A stretch of 64,000 nucleotides of DNA, taken from Octopus vulgaris. Lineage: Eukaryota. Within the stretch, counting starts at the first letter, position 1; each line of letters starts with the position of its first letter. The translations under genes and the position numbers were made by a program. The stretch covers positions 222,456,001-222,520,000 of the forward strand of contig OX597814.1 of NCBI GenBank assembly GCA_951406725.2, written 5' to 3'. Under the pieces are notes generated by a model. That model did no database searches. It had not been told where the DNA came from and worked only from the letters and a program-made list of their open reading frames with translations. Positions 54,411-64,000 of the stretch are shown piece after piece.

Positions 54411-55490
54411 TCTGCAGTTTCCGCCTACCAAATCTAGTGACAGAACTTTAGTTGGCTTGAAGCTATTGTAGAATACACTCGCGCAAGCTGATACTCAGTG
54501 GCACTAAACCAGGAACGATGATGAGAAGCAAAGTTCTTAGCACACAACCACGCTTTCATCTATCTATCTATTTATCTATAGGTATATGTATATATACATT
54601 CGTGTGCATATATATGAAGAGACGCATATGGCTGTGTATGCGCGCGCGTATGTGCGTTTGTTTAAGTAATTGTGTTTGAACATCTCTTTCCATATTTCTA
54701 TAAATGTAATTTCCATTGGTATTGCAGTGTCTGCGTATGTTTCTCCTTTACATAGTGACTTCCTTTACTTGAATGGATCTAAAAATAATTTTTGATGCAA
54801 GCTGCCGTTTTCTTTCACATTGATTTGACTAGGTGCAGTTCGATTGAAGTAAGTTTTCGTTGTATCAATATAGAGCAAATGCCAATATTGCTGTTAGGAA
54901 ATGTATTAATAAGGTGAGGGTCAGAAAAGAGAAAAGTAAAATGGGAAGAACCATTATATCCAACAATAGACCGCCGCCTCAAAGAAAAATAATTGAAGAA
55001 AAAATAATTTAGCCATCTGCCTGAAGAGACCACTCCTCCTGATTTGAGTCTACGTCCATTCTCTGAATTACGATCAATTATTATTTACATTGCTTCTGTT
55101 CCGTTATTGCTGTGAGTATTGTACGAGACCTAAAGATCCAGTGTTTGATGCAATTTTCTATTCTGAATGTATTTACAACTATTGATTTTCGTTTTACGTT
55201 TCTTCTGGATTTTGGTTATTTATTGATACTACCAAACGTTTAATTACCTCATCTAGCGTCACCAGAGTTACCAGTGACTGATAGACAGTGTGAATAACAA
55301 AGCATCAAGCATTCACCATCGTTCTTTATAATGATTGTAAGTGTTTCGATAAAGGCATGCATTTGTAGAGATCACACGGTGTGGGTTGTGCCATAAAGGA
55401 ACTTCACTAGATGACTGAAATTAAATCACGATTTCATCTTATCAATTACATTTTCTTCTATATCACTGAGAGACGATCTCAAAGTCTGGA

Positions 55491-55635
55491 AACCTAGCAT
55501 TTGCTTGCATCTCACAGTCTTTGAAATAAATTCTTTCTACAAACTTTTCTTCTAAGTCTACTAAACTACTTTCAAAAAGTTCAACACGACAAATAAACAA
55601 TGCAGTTGGATACAAACACGTTATACATACATACA

Positions 55636-55679
<44 letters not shown>

Positions 55680-55914
55680 ATATATATATATATATTATAT
55701 TTTGGGATCAGATTGGAATCTACCCCGAATTTCCGTGAGACTGTACTGCCCTTAACTCTCCGCTGAACACAAATGGATTATCCTAAACTGGATTTATCAG
55801 TTTGCATATATATAAGACGTCCATGATGCATGTTCGATTAATAAGTTACTGGTGCGTTAACAGTGTTTGTCTAAATGGTGTACCGCACAACATAATATAA
55901 CTAAGAATATTTTA
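55491..55914 (+). repeat. Direct repeat copy 2 (with expanded internal TA tract)
   Basis: Matches 53113-53493; about 5 substitutions by hand count in the last ~220 bp. Confidence 0.9.
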
Positions 55915-55969
55915 TTTAAATTGAATTCTGCTTGTAGATAATGTATCCGAAACAACATATTAATGTCTG

Positions 55970-56083
<114 letters not shown>

Positions 56084-56611
56084 GGTGGTTGAAAATAATC
56101 TATAGTTATATTCTTTACTACTGTATGATATTACCTTTATTTATCTTATCTCAACAACTCGATGTATAGTTTCCTTGATATCACATAAAATATTAAGGAA
56201 TAGAGCACAATGTTTACATGTGGGGTTTATTGCATATCTACTTGTAAACCGAAAAAAAAAAGAAAAAAGAAACAATTTGTTTGAAAGAACTTGTATAAAT
56301 TTAACTTGGATGAAAATGGAAATTTTGTTTGGAATTGGTCCAGGTCCCCTTTCGGCCAAGGAAATATAGTCCATTGATTGCAAACAAATATATTATTCTT
56401 GTCTTGCATTAGATTGTAGTAACATTCTATTGAATAAGATATAAAGTGAAAACCATCATATACTGAAACTAAACAAACAGTAAAACATTTAGCTTACCAC
56501 AAAAGTCATAAAATAGGAGAAACGAAAACAGTCATTGAGTTAAGCTGATTCAAAGAAGTGTAGAAATAAATAATCAAGGAATCAAGAGACAGAGAAATAG
56601 ATAGATCGATC

Positions 56612-56657
<46 letters not shown>

Positions 56658-56951
56658 CAGATAAATAGATATATAGATGGATGCATGGATGCATGGATAA
56701 AACTAAAGAGATATAATAGAGACTGAGAAAAGGTGGGGTTAGTGACCAAGAAGCATAGACACATCCACAGGATACAGAGAGACAATTAAGTAACGAGACA
56801 AAAATATACAAACAAGCAGATAGAATGGAATAAATAGACAGAAACACAGGCAAAGTGGCAGAGTGCCAGACAATTCAGTCGATAAATATGTTAACTAATA
56901 GATACAGACGAGATGTGCAAACATATACCAAAATCATATATATATACATAA

Positions 56952-57102
<151 letters not shown>

Positions 57103-57161
57103 CAGACAGACAGACAGACAGACAGACAGACGGACAGCCAGACAGATAGATAGATAGATAT

Positions 57162-57370
57162 GTGACCGCGTGTGTATTGTTGGCGATTTTTTTCCTCCGT
57201 CTTCCCTTGCTTGAATCTTTCCTCTTTCTATATTTCTGACGAAGAGCTCCGCTCGAAACGTTAAATCCTCCTTCTTTCTTCCCTTTTCTGAGCGTCCAAT
57301 AACACTATACTTGTTCCACGTCCCCGCGTTGTTGTGTTTTCTCTCTGTGTTTTCATGTTTGGATTAACTT
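57162..57370 (+). mobile_element. Short hammerhead-bearing insert (pLTR-like) in GATA/GACA repeat
   Basis: Unique block between tetranucleotide repeats. Its 3' end gtttggattaact also occurs at 18056-18068 next to (TA)n. Confidence 0.6.
57232..57266 (+). ncRNA. Minimal type I hammerhead ribozyme motif
   Basis: ATTT-CTGACGA-A-GAGC-tcc-GCTC-GAAA-CGTT-AAAT. Helix I is ATTT/AAAT, helix II is 4 bp, AACGTT is palindromic. Confidence 0.7.
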
Positions 57371-58608
57371 TAGACAGACAGATAGATAGATATACATATA
57401 CTTGCGACAGAATCTTCCAAAATTAGATACCAATACCTAAATGTTTTCGAACCCAAATGAGATTCCTATGAAGAAAAAACAACCAACATATACGATCCCC
57501 ACGAACTATGAATCCACAAATATCCTCCATCTTTGAAGAATGACGGACAACTCTGAATTACAAGACTAATAAATATGAAATTCCGAATCTTATAAAGCAA
57601 TCTGTTTATCATTTTGAATGTATGTATATCAAGGAAAGTCAAATTGATTGTTGTATTCGTCCTGAAATCGAATCTCTTACAGCTGTATAGTGTCAAGCAA
57701 TAGAGCAATATTTCAGTGGTGGACAAAATGCTCCGTTGCACAAAACGAACATTTCGCAATTTATTGTACTATGTGTTCCTGCACTTCTATACATTTTATA
57801 GAAAGCCATGAAATTGAAGCTATATTTTGCATTCAGATAGTTATATTGTTTTATATGTTTTTCTTCTTTGTGTATTTTGCTATTTTGTGAGATTTCTTCA
57901 GTTCTTTGTTACTTTCAGATTTGATAATATTCTAATTTTCTCAGCATTTCTATCCTGGCTGCTTTTCTTAGGTGGAAGTTTGTACTCCTGAAGGCAGACA
58001 AATAAACGTTTTCGATATTCCGTAACCACGGTTTCCTTGGTAATTTTATTGTTTTTTACTGCAAAGAGACATATACTTCGCTTCATGTACATAATTTGTT
58101 TCAAGGTGTATAATGCGAATGAGTCCTTCACCTAGAAGGTGATATCAAGATGTTTCCGGACTAGTTTTGTAGCATGCCAACAGATGGCAACTCACAGTTT
58201 CAGGCACGGCTAGACAGTTTGCCGAGAGACCTTGTGTTTACTTGTGAAATTGTGAAATTTGTGTCTTTGTAATCATGTGTATTATATATTGTACGTTTGT
58301 ACAAGAAACAAGAACATGAGAGAAGGAGCATTTATTTAAGTACAATGACCTCTTGAATTTATGTAAGCCTGATGATTTTTTATTTACTTTTGTCCTTATA
58401 AAGTTTTGGACTGAAAAGTGACTGGTGCGGAAGATTATATCAGATGAACGTTGAAATCAAGCATATTTCAGGCATATTTCGGTACGTCTACAAATTTTCT
58501 GGAGGTGACAGTCAACTGGCACCAAAGGAATTACATTATTTGTCACATCTGGATAGTTAGTCCAACATCTCACGACTGATGTAGAATATATGCAGACGCA
58601 TATGCTAC

Positions 58609-58651
<43 letters not shown>

Positions 58652-61383
58652 ATGTGTGTGTATGTGTGTGTATGTATGGGTGTGTATATGTATGCATATA
58701 TATATATATATATATATATACATGCATATATATGCATACATATGTATAGATATCCATATATATACGCATATATATACATATATACATACATATGTGCATC
58801 CATACATATATATATATATATATATACATGCATACATATATACGCACAGTCATACCCCCCCCACACACACACACACATATATATATACATACAGCGATGA
58901 ATCTGGAAGATAATACAATTACTGCTAGCAACATATATTGTGTTATGAAGAAATTAATTTGAAAGAAGTCTACATGCGGTACTCGAATTTGTCCTTTCTC
59001 TGTCCATAACAGACGTGCTAACTATTAAGAATGGAAATATATAAGAATGGGGATTCCAGTGAATAGCAACTAAACCCAGCAATGCGTGATATATTTATTG
59101 CTGCACCTACCCCGAATAAAATGTCAGAGAAAAATCGATTAGCATTTGCAAAACAATATTTTCCCTCGTATAGATTAATGTGTAAGCTTGCTTTCATGTC
59201 AAAAGGAAAAGTTATCAAATAATCTTAGTAGTGTTTATAACAAAATAAATTCCTTGAATTGAAACAGCCAAATCTGAATGGAATCTTTAATGTCAACAAA
59301 ATGTAAACAAAAACTCAATAATTTAAACACAGATTTCACTGTAAGGCTGCTTTATAAATTTATGAGCAAATTATAATGAAGCAAACAATAAAGAGTGAGA
59401 ATTATTGAGGTTTGATCGGAGATAAAAAGAAAGATAAGTAAATACTTGACAAAATACAGGATATGAATGCAATGAGAGTATTCTGATTATAATGAATAGA
59501 GACGAGGACATTGCAAAAATCAGCAACACGGCCCTCAAAAGTGGATAATACAACAGGGCACAATTAAAACTTATAACTAGTACAGTGCTTCCAGCTACAA
59601 TGTCACAAACGTGATATTTTCCTATTGCGTTACATAGAAGGAGAGTTTTTAACGCACCTCGATTCTGTGGCACTACAAGAATTCACATACATACAGAATA
59701 AGCCTCTTCGTCATAAAACCTCACAAACCAACTCTATATATCTCAATATCACTCAAGAACTTAATAGAACCATAAAAAAAATGAAGGAAATGTCAATCAG
59801 ATGATTTCGTATGTATTTTGCAAGTAAGTGTCAAATATAACAATTCCTTTATGGATGTAGGCGGTGTTTTTATCTATGTTGAAGTTTTGTTGAAGCTATG
59901 ATTCTATAAAAACCCTACAATAAAAGCATAAGATATGCTAACAAAGGTTATGATTTTCCTGTTTGATTACACATCACCGGCTCCCATTTTTGCCTACATG
60001 GTGCTTTTCAAATAGCCAGGAAGCTCAAGAGTAATCTACTGAACTTATATATTTGGCATTCTACATATCTAACACTGAGAAAACTGTTATTCTTAAAAGT
60101 TAACATACCGTATATCTTAAAGCTTGCTTATGCCATATTCATTATGAAGCATACGTTGTTTTACGCTGTTGTTGCCATAGATATTCCTGATCGTTTCCTA
60201 ACTATACTGTCACATAATTTCATTGATGAATTTCAATTTAGAGCCTTTAAAGAGATATGACGGCATTATATGGGGATAAGTATTGCAATGTATTTAGTTA
60301 CATATACCCAGGTGATCCTTAACTTATGACGATATATATGAAAAACCAGTCATCATTTTCTGTAGTTTCTTAAATCGATTCTTAAATCTTGATTCATTGA
60401 TCATTGCGATTATTTCGCCACCGAACCTTGTTGTAATGGACTAAGAGGTGGACAATTTACTGTCCTGAATCCGAAATTGTTGCGGAGGATTTTCATCCTG
60501 TGTGTCATTTTTGTAATGGAAAATTTTCCATCGTACTGCTTTGAGGAAACTTTTGGGGCTTTATATTTTTATAGACAGTGTATAATATGCTGATGTATTT
60601 TGTTTACAATAAACGTTGCGAAGCCGTCGCGTCGGAAAGATACCATTCTATAAAATGTTGTTCTATGCCAAGTCATATATAAAACGATTTGGCATCAAAA
60701 TTAAGGATTTCTCAAAGCATTTTGCAGAGAACAAATCTTCCCAAAACACCTTGTTTAATATTCCTTAAGAGAAAACTAATAACATCAACACTATATAGAC
60801 CACTTCAATCTGGTCTATGCTGAGTGGCAGTTGCTATATACTCTATGTTATTTTGTAAACCAATAAAATACCACAAAGTCAACCTTATATGTCACGAGTA
60901 TTTTGTACCGTTTATTTCTACACCGGCCTGAAGCTTAAACGTTTACCAAATGATCACACCAAATTCAAAATGACTCTCTTTGTTAAAACGTTGAGCAACA
61001 CACACCCGACTAACATAGACTGTCCTCCTAACCTCTTCTATTTCCACTTCCTACCAGTGACGATACAATTTTGTTCATATTGGATCACTTACCAAAAGAG
61101 CTGCCAAATACTATATAAAACCACAGAGCACTAAATAAGTCACACTCTGATGAAAGCGAACAAGCCAAAGCTTAGAAGTCAGAGGCAATCTTTCTATTAC
61201 ATACACACACGCGCGCGCGTACACACACTTATCTCAGTTCCTAAATGGTTTGATCGGCCCGAGGTTATAGAAGAAGAAATAACACTTGATATCACGCACT
61301 GGAACTGAACCCGGTACTATGTGGTAGGGAAGCAAGCTTCTTACCCCTGAAGGAAGCCTGTAACTATATATATATAGCAAAAA

Positions 61384-61421
61384 CTGTCTGATGAACGGCA
61401 ACGAGAAACTCAGAGTAACAG
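61384..61421 (+). ncRNA. Type I hammerhead ribozyme motif
   Basis: CTGT-CTGATGA-aCG-GCAA-CGa-GAAA-CTCAGAG-TA-ACAG. Helix I is CTGT/ACAG, helix II is short with a GNRA cap and A.A closing mismatch, triplet is GUA. Lies in an ~80-bp insert between (TA)n tracts. Confidence 0.75.
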
Positions 61422-61453
61422 ATTTTGTTGAATTTTCTGCTGCTTAAAATAAA

Positions 61454-61512
<59 letters not shown>

Positions 61513-63339
61513 AACACACACACACACACACACACAGAAAAGAAAATACATAGAGGGAGAGAAATGAATATATTTTTTATGGCTCTCCGTGTCACCTTCT
61601 ACCATTTCACTTATTTTCTCTTTGTTTTGAGTTATAGACCACTTATGGTCTTTGCGTTTTATATGCTTGAAGCGTTGTTTTACTCTTCGAACTTAATAAA
61701 AAATATTTAGTTGATTGATTATAGTATTACTTTTTAATTTTCTGATTATTATTGCATTATTAGTTTTAGTAAAATTGATTGATGTAATTATCTGTATAAT
61801 TTACAATAATATGAAGTACGTTGGTTTTCACTTAGTAGAAAACTGCTGAACAGGACATGCTGAGATGGTTAAAAGATTATATGCATTTCTTAATGACTAT
61901 AAAGTAAATAGAACTGAATTGCAAATAATAATAAACGAAACAAATAGTTTCCCTTCATTACATTGCCACATACTTAAGTGTTAACTATCCACTACGCTTT
62001 GACTAATCAATATATGTAATGATAAAGACAACACAATAAAACTATCTGGTACTTTGCATAATTATAAATTTACTCTATGACATCGGTTCCCTTTCAGTAT
62101 TGATTGTTACCATACTTATCGAGACAATATCCATCATTTATACATAATAATCCTTAAACTGACATCTTATATTGCAGTAATATATTATCAGTATTCTAAT
62201 TATTATTGCAATAATCGTGTAGTGACTTATGAGAGTTTAAACATATGCCATTAATATTTCTCTTCCTTAATAAGTGCTAAGTCTAACATGTAATGCTCAT
62301 TTATCACTGGTATAAATTCTAATTCGTTTGACTCAGTCTATAAACTGAAATTTCATATAATCTTGATACTGCAGGAGTTCTTATTTTCTCTAATAACGTT
62401 TACACTGTCTCCCCTGTGGAGAAACCTCATCAATGACCTGGGAGTATACCCGGTATAATACTGTGCTATATTGTATGATATATCACGTTTTGAAAGCAGT
62501 GGATATTACTTTTATGATTTGTTATTTCATTTTCACACCCCAACTCAACGATAACTATTGTCATTGACCTATTTTGTATTCAGCACTCGAACCGGATAAA
62601 ACATGCTTCATTTTGCCTATAGTGTTAGCCTGTATACTTTAAATATCTCTTACGGCTTGGATAAGACAGACCGTAAGGGATTAAACACTTTTACTGTACA
62701 AAGGAACTATTTACTGGTTGAATTTTCGAGGCAATGTGACGACAAGGTAGTGGGACGACGATTTTATTGCATTTTGCTAACATTTTCGTTAAAATAATAA
62801 TCTCCTTTTACAGCAAAAGAATTTCGAGCTTTATATTTATTAGTATGTATCAAACACTTTCATTCGTTCCGATGACAAGGAATTACAGAACAGAAATATA
62901 TTAGATTCTACGAACCATTCTTGTCCTGTCCATTTCTCTTGTGTTCAAGATCCTAGTATTAATCTTTGTTTCTATTATTCTAATAATGTTTCTTCTGTTT
63001 CATTCTTCAGGTGACTGTTTCATAAATTACAGTCGCCTTTTGCTAGCGGAACGTACTCCGGTTCTTCAAATGAATTGCGATCTAATTGATTTCGGGATGT
63101 GAGAACTATATTAAGTTCCCAGAAAATGGAAATGGAAAGCCAGAATGTTGTTACAGAAATTACATGGTAGTTCATTCCTGTGAGTATTTAAACTCGGGTG
63201 TAAAAACTAGGAGTGGGAAACGAAACCTCAATATGAGAATACTGAAGAAGTACATAAATGTATATTTAATTACATAAACCAAAGTTATATATAACAGGAC
63301 CATTTTTAGTACATATAATCCACTTTTGTTTGTCTGAAG

Positions 63340-63635
63340 TTGCGTGGCTCAGTGATTTAAATGTCGAGCTACAATCGCGAGGTTGTGAGTTCGTTTCCTG
63401 GACCGAGCTGTGTGCTCTCTGTTCTTGAGTAATTCACTTTATTTCACTTGCTGCAGTTCGCTCAGGTGTAGAAATTAGGTACGGAACTGATTGGCGTTTT
63501 CCCCTGGACAACATTGGGGGCATGGTGTGGAGAGGGGAGGCTGGTATGCATCGGCAAGTGCTGATCTTCACAAACTTTTGCTTCGGAGGGGAACTTTTAA
63601 ATGCAATTCCATGGCCATTCGTAACTAAAGGATGT
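63340..63635 (+). mobile_element. tRNA-derived SINE family D, diverged full-length copy
   Basis: A-box-like gtggctcagtga and B-box-like gagttcgtttcc; 3' half matches the reverse complement of 7608-7803. Confidence 0.7.
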
Positions 63636-63856
63636 TATTTTTATTTTAATCTAATTTTTTTTTTGGTACGTATAATCCCTCTTCAAATTTATTCACTAAA
63701 AACATATTGACGTCATAAACATCTTGAATGGGTTATAAGAAATTATTTTCAACATTATGTTATCAATCATGTAACTAATTTCCGAGAAACACATTTGTTG
63801 GAATGCAACTTATAAGATAGATAGATAGATAGAGAGAGATAGATAGATAGAGAAAT

Positions 63857-63910
<54 letters not shown>

Positions 63911-64000
63911 GCCTAATATTTTTAAGAATACAATGACTTTAGTACATTACGGTTGCTTTTCCCTGGAGTTATTTATTTATTTTCTCTGTGTGAAAAGTTG

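Noticed and set aside
58130-58210. Mariner-like terminal sequence
   Set aside because: Only vague resemblance; no matching second TIR or transposase motif found.
63011-63103. Plus-strand exon after a good polypyrimidine/AG acceptor
   Set aside because: Short frame ending in a stop, no homology recognised and no partner exon.

Overview
AT-rich, microsatellite-dense eukaryotic genomic DNA. The SINE and repeat landscape looks like a coleoid cephalopod, probably Octopus (inference). Almost all of it is non-coding and probably intronic. I can support only one host exon: a 246-bp phase 1-1 minus-strand exon (38316-38561) encoding a single PAN/Apple domain. The rest is a mosaic of tRNA-derived SINE families, Penelope-like (GIY-YIG) retroelement pieces, RTE and Tx1/L1-like LINE fragments, two non-autonomous Helitrons, a Tigger-like MITE, a fold-back DD41D mariner derivative, long palindromes and a 2.5-kb degenerate (CAC)n tract. 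The most notable signal is a set of at least six type I hammerhead-ribozyme motifs on both strands, in unrelated short inserts, several of them sitting inside or beside microsatellites. All have a self-complementary (dimer-type) helix III. One carries the compensatory U3-A8 core variant and one lies just downstream of a tRNA-like Pol III promoter. Nearly all ORFs in the supplied track are repeat artefacts. All alignments and structures were read by eye; element boundaries are approximate unless stated.
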